Part shown: piece after piece, positions 9,978-19,068 of the stretch
Position numbering within the stretch: the first letter of the stretch is position 1
How the letters are laid out: the number at the start of each line of letters is the position of its first letter
Source of the DNA: Gammaproteobacteria bacterium
GTDB lineage: Bacteria; Pseudomonadota; Gammaproteobacteria; JBCCGL01
Direction: 5' to 3'
NCBI GenBank assembly: GCA_965277715.1
Contig: OZ255836.1
Span: forward strand, 2,560,001-2,624,000
Length of the DNA stretch: 64,000 nt
Notes under the pieces: model-generated
What the model saw: only the letters and a program-made list of their open reading frames with translations
Database searches by the model: none
Told to the model about the DNA's origin: nothing
Program-made: the position numbers and the translations under genes

Positions 9978-10445
9978 ATGAACGAACAGACCATCTATCA
10001 GAACCTGACACAGCTCGGTGGTGATACCGTGCAGCCACAAAGCCCTGAAGAGGCCGTATTGGAAACAGTGCCAAACCCGCAGGCCGGAGTAAATTACCTG
10101 GTGCGCTTTACCGCGCCGGAGTTTACCTCCCTGTGCCCGATGACCGGGCAGCCGGATTTTGCCCATCTGGTGATCGACTACGTGCCGGAGAAAAAACTGG
10201 TGGAGAGCAAATCGCTGAAACTATTTCTCACCTCGTTTCGCAATCATGGTGCGTTTCACGAAGACTGTACGGTTTCAATTGCACGGCGTTTGATCGATGA
10301 ACTAACGCCTAAGTGGCTGCGTATTGGCGGTTACTGGTATCCACGTGGCGGCATACCGATCGATGTCTTTTTTCAACACGGTGAATTACCTGCCGGTGTA
10401 TGGCTCCCCGATCAGGGGGTGGCGCCCTACCGGGGGCGGGGATAA
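9978..10445 (+). CDS. queF: PreQ1 synthase (unimodular QueF)
   Basis: [27 protein letters not shown] and PRGGIPI motifs. Confidence 0.96.
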   Translation: MNEQTIYQNLTQLGGDTVQPQSPEEAVLETVPNPQAGVNYLVRFTAPEFTSLCPMTGQPDFAHLVIDYVPEKKLVESKSLKLFLTSFRNHGAFHEDCTVSIARRLIDELTPKWLRIGGYWYPRGGIPIDVFFQHGELPAGVWLPDQGVAPYRGRG

Positions 10446-10697
10446 GTTTCAATACCGCCACTGGGCCGATTTCACCAATGTTCACATGTACTTACACCCA
10501 GGCGGTCGAAACATTCAGGTGGTTGCATAAGCCCTGCGTTCAGGATAGCCTGTCTGTAGACGATACCGTGACTGCGTACTTACAAGAAATTATGCAAATC
10601 GTAGAAAATGGCCATGCCCCGCGATACCCACTGCCCATCCACTCTTTCGCAAGGGTGCAAAAAAATAACCCTAATCAATCTTTCCGCCCGCTACGGG

Positions 10698-10718
10698 CGC
10701 CTAAACCCGACAGACTCC
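10698..10718. repeat. MITE family C terminal sequence
   Basis: CGCCTAAACCCGACAGACTCC is the perfect reverse complement of 12296-12316. A degenerate copy lies at 15-30. Confidence 0.75.
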
Positions 10719-10751
10719 TGGCTTTTATTTAGATATTTAAGAGTAAGAATT

Positions 10752-12221
10752 ATGCTGATCTTAAAAAAACTTCCATTTGTTATTCTCATATCGTTTGCAT
10801 CACTGCTGGCTGCTTGCGGTGGCAGTGGCAACAATGCAAGCACTGCAGTAGTGAATCAAACACATTTGTACAGTAGTACGAATAATGCCGCCGGTAACAA
10901 TGTTGTGGCATTTGAGATTCAATCGGGTGGCGGGCTAACCCAGGTTGGTTCATTCCCTACCGGTGGGTTAGGTGACGCTGACGAGGGTGATTTTGATGGG
11001 CAATCCTCGATTCGTGTTATCGGTAATCACCTGCTGGTCGTTAATGCCGGTGAATTATCAACCGGCGTGAACAACAACGGCAGTATCAGTGTTTTTAGTA
11101 TTGCAACTAATGGCCTGTTAACACGGGTTGATCAGGATGCGACAACCGCCGGTGTACAAAATATAGACTCAAACGGTATCCGCCCAGTCAGCATTGACTA
11201 CCACAGCAACGGGACAACCACATGGGTACTGGTGGCCAATCAACACAGCAATCCATTATGTGACGCGGGTGATATGTTAGGCAGCACAAATGCTGCCCCA
11301 GCCACTTCGCTGGCAAACTGCTTCGATCAAAATGACCAGATGTTGGGGAATGGTACTAACGGGAGTCTCGCCACCTCGACAGCCCGGAATTTGTCACTGT
11401 ACACATTCGCCAACGGCGTATTGACGTCACTGGGTACACCTGCCACCTATAACAGCCCAATATACGGTGGCCCCTCACAGGTATCGTTCAGTCCCAACGG
11501 CAGCATGGTGGCAGTCACTACCTGGGGAATTCCACACTTTACCGGGCTTGCCAATACTACTTTCCAGAGCCCCAGCCGCACCTATCTGTACGATGTCAAC
11601 ATAACGGGTACAACCCTGAGCCTGCAGAACGAGCGCTTTTTTCAGCAGACCGGTGTTTCAGGCAGCATTGGGTTCTCCTGGAGTTCTGATAATCAAAATA
11701 TTTATGTGGCGAATTTTAATATTGCAAGCAACGTTGCCAATTCAAGCGTAACAATACTGAACACCCAGAACAGTACTAACGTATTCAGTTCTAACGGTAA
11801 CTCCATCCCCAGCGGCACCGCCATGGTGCCGGGCTTTGGTGTAGAGGCTTGCTGGACCTGGCTGAACGCGGACAACAGTCTTTTAACCGTACCCAGTTTT
11901 ACCGCCAATACAGTCAGCACATTTCTGGTAAATGGCACTAATCTCGCGCACCGACAATCGCTGGTTCGTCGTGGCACGTCCAGGCCAGATACAAAAGATG
12001 GTTTTTTCCTCAGCAATAATCAGCATCTCTATGTTTTAGGTGCACTTGAAACCCACACCATCACTGTGTACGACTACGATGCCGACAACAACCTGTTAAC
12101 CGAGCAAACCAATTCACCCTTTTTAATTCCTGACTCACGACCGGGTGGGGCCAATGTGTCGGCCACTACACACGCCTACTTAGGGTTGGCTGGTTATCCT
12201 GCTGGCTACGTCGGCTACTAG
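10752..12221 (+). CDS. Lipoprotein, lactonase-like beta-propeller fold
   Basis: Lipobox LLAAC after a hydrophobic stretch (start ATG 10752). Repeated beta blades (LLVVNAG..SISVFSI, SFSPNGS, ACW). Asn/Thr/Ser-rich. Confidence 0.72.
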   Translation: MLILKKLPFVILISFASLLAACGGSGNNASTAVVNQTHLYSSTNNAAGNNVVAFEIQSGGGLTQVGSFPTGGLGDADEGDFDGQSSIRVIGNHLLVVNAGELSTGVNNNGSISVFSIATNGLLTRVDQDATTAGVQNIDSNGIRPVSIDYHSNGTTTWVLVANQHSNPLCDAGDMLGSTNAAPATSLANCFDQNDQMLGNGTNGSLATSTARNLSLYTFANGVLTSLGTPATYNSPIYGGPSQVSFSPNGSMVAVTTWGIPHFTGLANTTFQSPSRTYLYDVNITGTTLSLQNERFFQQTGVSGSIGFSWSSDNQNIYVANFNIASNVANSSVTILNTQNSTNVFSSNGNSIPSGTAMVPGFGVEACWTWLNADNSLLTVPSFTANTVSTFLVNGTNLAHRQSLVRRGTSRPDTKDGFFLSNNQHLYVLGALETHTITVYDYDADNNLLTEQTNSPFLIPDSRPGGANVSATTHAYLGLAGYPAGYVGY

Positions 12222-12295
12222 ACCCCATGTATTAGCCAATAATTGTTCCAGAAAAAAGCGCCCTGGAACAATTAGTTGCAAGTTAATACATATCG
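12219..12295. repeat. MITE/REP-like family A (copy 2, shorter, inverted)
   Basis: TAGACCCCATGTATTAGCCAATAATTGTTCCAGAAAAAAGCGCCCTGGAACAATTAGTTGCAAGTTAATACATATC. Lacks the internal module present in copies 1 and 3. Confidence 0.85.
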
Positions 12296-12490
12296 GGAGT
12301 CTGTCGGGTTTAGGCGGTAGCGAGGGCGTCTAAGGTGCTGAAGATGAAGTGTTTTTACCAGCATTTTAGCCATCCTGTAGGCATTCTACAGGTGAAGCTG
12401 AAATGCTGGTAAAAGCGCTTTGGATTCTGTGCATCAGGTGGTCGCAGTAGATTCAGCTGCGGAATTTAGGTTTAAAGTGGCCTAAGACCG
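12296..12490. mobile_element. MITE family C element with long central hairpin
   Basis: Starts GGAGTCTGTCGGGTTTAGGCG. Imperfect hairpin at 12347-12420 (TTTTACCAGCATTTTAGC...GCTGAAATGCTGGTAAAA). Right boundary uncertain. Confidence 0.55.
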
Positions 12491-12507
12491 TTGCAAGTAA
12501 TAGTTCC

Positions 12508-12993
12508 TCAATTCGACATTGACGATGCACTAACGTACCCCAGCGGTAAAACGGTGGTATTTTTCAGCTCTTCCATAGCGAAATACGAGCTGACCTCAAA
12601 AATATCAACGCGGGCGATCAGGCGCTTATACACCTTATCAAATGCCTCGACAGTGGGCACGACGACTTTCAGAATATAGTCGACATCACCACTCATACGA
12701 TAAAACTCAACGATTTCCGGGGTATCTGCCACGGCCGCAGAAAACGTCTGTAACCACTCGCTGTTATGTTGATTGGTGCGCACGTTAATAAACACAGTGA
12801 CCCCCACATTCAGCTTCTTCGCATCCAGCAATGCCACCCGGCGCCTGATATGGCCCGATGATTGCAACTTCTGAATCCTTCGCCAGCAAGGGTTCTTACT
12901 CAGGCCCACACGCTCGGCTATGTCCGCCAGCGGTAGCTCGGCGTTGTGTTGCAGTAGTTCAAGAATGCGGACATCCAGGCGATCCAGTGACAT
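12508..12993 (-). CDS. Lrp/AsnC family regulator (DecR-like)
   Basis: LDRLD.RIL..LQ, VGLS..PCWRRIQKL, FYRMSGDVDY and SSYFAMEELK motifs. Confidence 0.9.
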   Translation of the reverse strand: MSLDRLDVRILELLQHNAELPLADIAERVGLSKNPCWRRIQKLQSSGHIRRRVALLDAKKLNVGVTVFINVRTNQHNSEWLQTFSAAVADTPEIVEFYRMSGDVDYILKVVVPTVEAFDKVYKRLIARVDIFEVSSYFAMEELKNTTVLPLGYVSASSMSN

Positions 12994-13116
12994 AATTTTT
13001 ATTTAAACAGATAATTTGGGAAATTATCCCAAATATAGCACTAAGCGTGAAAATTATGGGACAAATTTCCTGCGTTTGATTGCTACTATTCAAAAAACAA
13101 TCGGGAGAATGCACAC

Positions 13117-13356
13117 ATGTTAAAACTGTTAACCGACCACCCTGCCAGTGTGGGTGAAACCTATCTTGAACACTTGCTGGCGGCGGGCACGTTTGGTGTG
13201 AAATTATTGATTGCTGCCAGTGTTTGCCTGGTGCACGCGCTGTTGCCGTTTTTGTTCGAGAAAACCGGTAGCAAGATGATCACCGATCTTTACACGTGTA
13301 TGGTGTCACACCGGGATAAGCGGGTGAAAGAGGCAGGCCAGCAGGTGGCCAGTTAG
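13117..13356 (+). CDS. Small DUF6356-like protein
   Basis: HPASVGETYLEH...CLVHALLPFLFEKTGS. Divergent from the Lrp regulator. GGGAG RBS. Confidence 0.75.
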   Translation: MLKLLTDHPASVGETYLEHLLAAGTFGVKLLIAASVCLVHALLPFLFEKTGSKMITDLYTCMVSHRDKRVKEAGQQVAS

Positions 13357-13568
13357 CCCGGATATTTCACAGCGAGTGCTGAGCAAGTCTGCCAGACAGG
13401 TAGGCTTCAGGAGAATTTGTATAAAACCAAGAAGTGATTCGTTTTACACGAAGGGTTAACCCACAAGCCCCCCAGAACTGCGTTGTTTTTACTCACCATA
13501 GCACCACTATATTAGTCAAGTAATGCAGTAACCCAACGGCGGCGCACAACAACGCCAATGAAAACCGG

Positions 13569-14480
13569 TTACCCCAGCATCGCACGTATCGACTCAATTT
13601 TATCGCCCACTTCCTCGACAAAATCCTCATGGGAAACAATCACCAATCCGCTTTCGGCGAGCTTGGCACCCAGTGGCAAATCGTAAATACTCGGCAGAGA
13701 CGTTGCTGCGCCCCCTATGGTCGGTTCCAGCAGTAGCGCACAGTTCACAATATCGCAATAATCCGCCTGGCCTGGTGTATCGCGCCGCCAATTGCGCGTC
13801 TGGTGTATAACATTGATTATTTCACTATCGAAGTTCCACTGTTTTAATAGCCAACTGCCAATGTGCACGCGCAGATTATCGGTGGTTTCTTCCAACTGCT
13901 CTGCGCTATCGATGATTTTCGCTTTTTTATCAACCTGATTGAGTATGGGTATCACACCAATATCGTGCAATAAACCGCACAGTGTTGCGCGCTCGGGGTC
14001 GAGGTATGACAGTTTGTCGGCAACTACTTCGCACAGTGCCGCGACCGTCGTGCTGTGTTCGTACAACGTTTTCAGGCGCTCTTTAACAAACGCCGTGTCT
14101 GCCCGAAACAACTGCTTTATCGCGATCATCGCTATCAGGTTCTGCGTCGAATCCAGCCCGATCCGCACAACAGCCGTACGCAAACTGTCAATTTTGTGCA
14201 TGCCACGGTATAGCTGACTATTGGCCACCTGAACCAAACGGGCACTGATCACCGGATCATTCTGCACAATGGTGGTTATCTCCCGAATACCAATTTCCGG
14301 GTTCAACATTGCTCTACGCACTTTCCAGGCGACCTCCGGTAAATTCGGTAGCTCAATGGTGTTATTGAGAAAGGTGACATGCACAGTCTCAGCGCCACCT
14401 CGTTCCCCTCTCTCGTCAAGGTGTACTTCAGGTACTGTCGGTGGATACTTGGGCTGTGGCCTATACATAGTTGGTATCAA
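13569..14480 (-). CDS. HDOD-domain protein
   Basis: LPNLPEVA, DPVISARLVQVANS, GLLHDIG and W.F motifs. Start uncertain. Confidence 0.85.
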   Translation of the reverse strand: MIPTMYRPQPKYPPTVPEVHLDERGERGGAETVHVTFLNNTIELPNLPEVAWKVRRAMLNPEIGIREITTIVQNDPVISARLVQVANSQLYRGMHKIDSLRTAVVRIGLDSTQNLIAMIAIKQLFRADTAFVKERLKTLYEHSTTVAALCEVVADKLSYLDPERATLCGLLHDIGVIPILNQVDKKAKIIDSAEQLEETTDNLRVHIGSWLLKQWNFDSEIINVIHQTRNWRRDTPGQADYCDIVNCALLLEPTIGGAATSLPSIYDLPLGAKLAESGLVIVSHEDFVEEVGDKIESIRAMLG

Positions 14481-14553
14481 TTACTGAGTGGTTACCAGTG
14501 AGGGTAGATCACTACACGCAATTTACCAGTTATGAGGGAACCAGTCGGAACGA

Positions 14554-15372
14554 TCAACGCGCCGGCTGGCAAATGGCACAGAAAAAGGAGCCGCGCTGAC
14601 CAATCACCTTGTGCTTGATAGGGGCTTTACATTGCCGACAGGGTTCCCCGGTGCGTGCGTAGACATACAGCGATTGCTGAAAATAACCGGGGGCACCCTG
14701 TGGATTGACAAAATCGCGCAGCGTCGTGCCACCGGCTTCAATCGCATTACCCAGCACCTGGCGAATCGCCCCAGCCAGCGCACAATAGCGCGCACGGCTG
14801 ACTTTACCGGCGGGAGTGGTAGGGCGGATACCCGCCATAAACAGGGCTTCACTGGCGTAGATATTACCCACACCGACCACCACACTGCTGTTCATAATAA
14901 ATGACTTGACCGCCAGTGTGCGCTTGCGTGAATGGGCAAACAAATGCTCGCCATCGAACGTATCACCCAGCGGTTCCGGCCCCAGCGCGTGCAATAGTTT
15001 GTGCTGGAGCGGGTCTTTAGCTGTCCACAACAGTGCACCGAAACGGCGTGGGTCATGCAGGCGCAGGCTGTTGCCACTACACAAAAACAGATCCACATGG
15101 TCGTGCTTTCGCAAGGGTTCACCTGCACTCACAATGCGCAAGCTGCCCGACATACCCAAGTGCAGGATAGCGGTGCCAGGGTCACTGCGCAGCAGGATGT
15201 ATTTACCACGTCGCTCCACCGCCAGCACCACGGCGCCCTGCAGGGCATTCAAGCTGCGCGGCACCGGCCAGCGTAGCTGGCGCTGGCGCACCACAATATC
15301 GCTTACTGTTTGTTGCAGAAGGTGCGGCGCAATACCACGGCGGGTGGTCTCAACCTCGGGTAGCTCAGGCAT
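14554..15372 (-). CDS. mutM: Formamidopyrimidine-DNA glycosylase
   Basis: MPELPEVET, HLGMSG, DPRRFG, GVGNIYASE and a C-terminal zinc finger. Confidence 0.97.
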   Translation of the reverse strand: MPELPEVETTRRGIAPHLLQQTVSDIVVRQRQLRWPVPRSLNALQGAVVLAVERRGKYILLRSDPGTAILHLGMSGSLRIVSAGEPLRKHDHVDLFLCSGNSLRLHDPRRFGALLWTAKDPLQHKLLHALGPEPLGDTFDGEHLFAHSRKRTLAVKSFIMNSSVVVGVGNIYASEALFMAGIRPTTPAGKVSRARYCALAGAIRQVLGNAIEAGGTTLRDFVNPQGAPGYFQQSLYVYARTGEPCRQCKAPIKHKVIGQRGSFFCAICQPAR

Positions 15373-15396
15373 TGGGGAAACTCTTATCCAGTCGGG

Positions 15397-16218
15397 CTAT
15401 TGTTCAGTAAGGCCTAGTGCAAGCGCCTGCGATTCAGACAGTAACAACGCGTAGTCGGCTGCCTCAGGTAGCAAAGCGACGTGTTCATCAGTACGCGCCA
15501 TTTGCAGCGATTGTACGCTGCTATCTGTAAACGTGAGCACTACATCAGCGGCATCGCTGAGTGATAGCCCGGCAGTGGCCACAACCGCCAGCGCATTAGC
15601 CCCCTGCCATTGATTGAGTATGTCGCTATTGTCTATTTCACCGTCAGGCGTCTTCAGGCGGGATAACTGTTTGCCTGTCGGCAGCAGATCACGCTGTACA
15701 AATACCCCAAATCCGCCTGTTAACAGCGGTAGAAACACATCGTCCAGCAACCATACCTGCGTACCAATTTGTACATAGCGGCGCACATCGTTAGGGCCTT
15801 TTCCCCCAAACAGCACCGAAATTGCGCCAGCCTCGGCGCTTAAATGAACACTCGCCTGCGGCGTGCCCAAACCCAGCTCGGCGAGATTCAGTTCATTCGC
15901 TCCATACCCTGACTGGCTGTCCAGTTGTGCCAGTGACAATAATGCCTCGACACGTGAATGGATGGCGGCGCGGTGTATAGGGTCAACCACGGCCCAACCT
16001 TCAGCCACTTTTTGTAAACCCATGGTTGCGTAGCCAGGCCGGTGTATTCTGAGTGCTGTAATCTGTTCTGGTTCGAATACCTCTATCGTAGGGATTGCCG
16101 CGTTGCGTGAGCGGTAATCGTAGTAAGTCACCATGGCCATTGCCAGCACACCGATGTACAACATCACATTAACGACTGTGCGACGGGATACACGGCGCGC
16201 TTTATTAACGGCACTCAT
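15397..16218 (-). CDS. DUF4340-like membrane-anchored protein
   Basis: N-terminal TM, W.VVDP, LAELGL..P and FG..GP...RRYV motifs. Confidence 0.6.
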   Translation of the reverse strand: MSAVNKARRVSRRTVVNVMLYIGVLAMAMVTYYDYRSRNAAIPTIEVFEPEQITALRIHRPGYATMGLQKVAEGWAVVDPIHRAAIHSRVEALLSLAQLDSQSGYGANELNLAELGLGTPQASVHLSAEAGAISVLFGGKGPNDVRRYVQIGTQVWLLDDVFLPLLTGGFGVFVQRDLLPTGKQLSRLKTPDGEIDNSDILNQWQGANALAVVATAGLSLSDAADVVLTFTDSSVQSLQMARTDEHVALLPEAADYALLLSESQALALGLTEQ

Positions 16219-16577
16219 ACTTATTTTTTCTCCGGCAATGTAGTCTACATAAGAAGTATATAAGCCTTTACCCGTACCACAAGCAAACGCGGGATGATCA
16301 CACTATCGGGTGATAGGGGTATAGGTTTGGCAGGTTACGCCAAAACAACTGGCGAGCCTTAAGAGATTCCGCGCAGACTACCCGGAGGCGTCACTGTGGC
16401 TGGTATACGGCGGAAAAGATCGCCTGGAGGTAGACGGGGCATAACGGTAATACCGGCGACAGTATTTTTGCGTGATATTGACCGTATTTTGTCGTAGGTG
16501 TGCGTATCCGTGTTAAGCGCTCATGTCTCAAGTGCCTGGAAAAGACCTCGGGCAAAGACACCAGGCAGCTCTCTTGG

Positions 16578-17054
16578 CTACTCAACAAACACCAACGGCG
16601 CCAACTCATTAAGCGCCTGATGGTACACAGCGCGTTTAAAGAAAATAACCTGCCTGCTGGGTTTCCAATAGTCCACCCAACACCAGCGCTCAAACTCTGG
16701 TTTATCGCAGGCATCCAGCGCAACACACGCCTCGTCACACAGCATTTTCAGCATAAACCAAATTTGTTTCTGGCCAACGCATATAGGTAATTGGTGACGT
16801 CGAATGTAGCGTTTCGGCAGATCATAGCGCAGCCAATCACGCGTACAACCCATTATTTCAACATGCTCCGGTAACAGACCCGTTTCTTCCTGCAATTCCC
16901 GGTACATCGCCTCTTGCGGCGATTCGGTCATTTTTATGCCGCCCTGCGGAAATTGCCAGGCGTTGTGCCCAATACGTTTTGCCCAAAAGACCTCAGAGGC
17001 CCCATTGGTCAGAATAATGCCTACATTCGCCCGGTAACCGTTTGAATCGATCAT
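16578..17054 (-). CDS. rppH: RNA pyrophosphohydrolase
   Basis: MIDSNGYRANVGIIL, WQFPQGG, Nudix box AMYRELQEETGL, GQKQIWF. Confidence 0.96.
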   Translation of the reverse strand: MIDSNGYRANVGIILTNGASEVFWAKRIGHNAWQFPQGGIKMTESPQEAMYRELQEETGLLPEHVEIMGCTRDWLRYDLPKRYIRRHQLPICVGQKQIWFMLKMLCDEACVALDACDKPEFERWCWVDYWKPSRQVIFFKRAVYHQALNELAPLVFVE

Positions 17055-17163
17055 AGCCCGTCTCGCGAATTTTACTGGGATTGATTCAATCACAAAACAG
17101 ATCACAATATCAATACGGTCTGCTAACATTGTACGCTGCCCACACACTATAAGGTTTAAATAT

Positions 17164-17817
17164 ATGGCACTGGCATTGTTTGATCTCGACGACACATTAA
17201 TTGTCGGTAACTGCGAAACCACCTGGTTTGAATACCTGATCGAACAAGGCCACTACGATGGCCGCCGTTTTGCTGAGGAAATCGCCGAGTTTGACCGCCA
17301 ATATGAAGCGGGTGGTGGCGACATTGACGATTACATGTTGTTTGTGCTCAAACCGCTGACGGAACACCCTATGGAAACCCTGCTCGAATGGCGCTCGGCA
17401 TGGTTTGAACACCGGGGTAAAGCGATGATTGCCAGCAAAACACACGCGCAATTACAACAACACCGCGATGCAGGCGACACGCTGGTTATTATCTCTGCCA
17501 GCAGTCAATTTTGTGTGCAGCCTTTTGCACAGTTATTCAATGTCGATCACTACCTGTGCAGCATACCCGAGGTTATCGACAACCGTTATACCGGGGTATT
17601 TATCCCCCCCGCCTGCTTTGCTGATGAGAAGATCACCCACCTTGATGCCTGGTTAGAAGAGACGGGGCATTCGCTGGAGGGTAGTTATTTTTACAGCGAT
17701 TCACGCAACGATATTCCTCTAATGGAGCGGGTCGATATACCCGTGGCGGTGAATGCCGATAATCACCTCACCCAAGTCGCCAGTGAGCGTGGCTGGCAAC
17801 AACTCGATCTGCGTTAA
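17164..17817 (+). CDS. HAD-IB family hydrolase (SerB/histidinol-phosphatase-like)
   Basis: FDLDDTL, ISAS and YSDSRNDIPL motifs. Divergent from rppH, a common gammaproteobacterial arrangement. Confidence 0.88.
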   Translation: MALALFDLDDTLIVGNCETTWFEYLIEQGHYDGRRFAEEIAEFDRQYEAGGGDIDDYMLFVLKPLTEHPMETLLEWRSAWFEHRGKAMIASKTHAQLQQHRDAGDTLVIISASSQFCVQPFAQLFNVDHYLCSIPEVIDNRYTGVFIPPACFADEKITHLDAWLEETGHSLEGSYFYSDSRNDIPLMERVDIPVAVNADNHLTQVASERGWQQLDLR

Positions 17818-17830
17818 ACCTACCAATCAA

Positions 17831-18460
17831 TTGAACACATTCCGTAGTAAATTCCAGCGGCAGTGCGCACCGGGTGCTGCGATTACGCTAGTGGGGCCAC
17901 TGCTGGAAAACTGCCCTACCTGGCCGGATGGCCCTGTAATCTTTGTCGACGGTGGGGCAAAGTGGCGGGCGCTACTGCCAAAAGATTTCCACTTTCCGCA
18001 TCTATCCCTGGGTGATGGAGACTCGTTAGGTGACCAACAGTTAGACGTGCTGTTGGATGTGGAAAAGGACTTCTCCGATCTCGGCTATGCACTGGATACA
18101 CTTCAGCCACTCTCGATAAGCCGATTGACATTGACAGGCTTTCTCGGCGGGCGCCGCGACCACGAGTGGATCAATTTTGGTGAGGTCGCCAGTTTTTTAC
18201 AAACCCGCCAGCAGTTGCGGGTCGATTTTGGTGGTGAGGTTGCGCTGTTTGCGCCCGGTGAATATACGTTGATCTATCAGGGTTTATTTTCGCTGGTGCA
18301 CTTTACAGTCGCCCACACCTTCATACGGGGTGCGGTTGATTATCCTCTACCACAACCGACAACTATTCAGCCTTTTTCCAGCCACGGTTTGAGTAATTGC
18401 GCCCAGGGTGTTTTTTCTATTGGCAGTGATGCTGTGGTAATGTGTTTTTTTGTGGGGTAA
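17831..18460 (+). CDS. Thiamine pyrophosphokinase-like protein (divergent)
   Basis: VDGGA, GDGDS, EKDFSD, GGRRDH..N and GLSN motifs. TTG start at 17831 assumed. Confidence 0.7.
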   Translation: MNTFRSKFQRQCAPGAAITLVGPLLENCPTWPDGPVIFVDGGAKWRALLPKDFHFPHLSLGDGDSLGDQQLDVLLDVEKDFSDLGYALDTLQPLSISRLTLTGFLGGRRDHEWINFGEVASFLQTRQQLRVDFGGEVALFAPGEYTLIYQGLFSLVHFTVAHTFIRGAVDYPLPQPTTIQPFSSHGLSNCAQGVFSIGSDAVVMCFFVG

Positions 18461-18485
18461 TCAGTACAAAACACGGATAACGACG

Positions 18486-18550
18486 ATGAATGATAAAAAC
18501 GAAAACCTGGTACTGGAATACTTGCGGGCAATTCGTGGCACGCTGAAAAC
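18486..18550 (+). pseudogene. N-terminal fragment of a small coiled-coil protein interrupted by a tandem repeat
   Basis: MNDKNENLVLEYLRAIRG resembles a recurrent small-protein N-terminus (NLVLEHLRAIR). The frame runs into the 47-bp repeat. Confidence 0.4.
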
Positions 18551-18708
18551 GCAGGAGCAGTTGCCGACGACTGTATGGATACAGGAGATAGAGCAACGCA
18601 GGAGCAGTTGCCGACGACTGTATGGATACAGGAGATAGAGCAACGCAGGAGCAGTTGCCGACGACTGTATGGATACAGGAGATAGAGCAACGCAGGAGCA
18701 GTTGCCGA
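18548..18708 (+). repeat. Perfect 47-bp tandem repeat, about 3.4 copies
   Basis: Unit GCAGGAGCAGTTGCCGACGACTGTATGGATACAGGAGATAGAGCAAC at 18551, 18598 and 18645, with a partial copy at 18692. Confidence 0.95.
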
Positions 18709-18812
18709 GAAGCGGTAGCTTCACTCTGTAAAAAGACAGAGAAATACACTAAAACATCGCGAGAGAAACCCTATAACACCCTACGCTACCTGCATAGAAA
18801 TAAAGTAAACGT

Positions 18813-18954
18813 TAAGCACATGCATGAAACAAACGCCAGGATTAATAAATGTATTAATTTGCCTTATAACTGAGTCGACGTAAGTGTGCTATTAAAAAAT
18901 AACACACTACTGAAATAATATAATAAAAACGGAAGTTGTTTCGTGCACGTTCCT
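18813..18954 (+). mobile_element. MITE family B (TIR AGGAACGTGCAC), copy 1
   Basis: Ends GTGCACGTTCCT; left end is degenerate (AAGCACATGCATGAAACAAAC). Core TTGCCTTATAACTGAGTCG is shared with 30775-30890 and 62221-62342. Confidence 0.75.
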
Positions 18955-19068
18955 GATATGTATTAACTTGCAACCAATTGTTCCAGAACGCTTTTTTCTG
19001 GAACAATTATTGGCTAATACATCAGACATCATGTATTGACTTGTGTGCAAGTTAATACATGGGGTCTA
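18955..19068. repeat. MITE/REP-like family A (copy 3)
   Basis: Near-identical to 31-146. Ends AATACATGGGGTCTA, overlapping the EamA gene stop. Confidence 0.85.

Noticed and set aside
10608-10751. N-terminal extension of the 537-aa ORF
   Set aside because: It runs through a MITE end; the lipoprotein signal begins at ATG 10752.
12296-12490. Possible integron attC site
   Set aside because: No properly placed RYYYAAC/GTTRRRY ends around the hairpin and no integrase nearby.
16219-16577. Intergenic region after rppH as a ptsP remnant or sRNA
   Set aside because: No recognisable coding similarity or convincing structure.
18548-18708. Possible mini-CRISPR
   Set aside because: The units are fully identical with no variable spacers.
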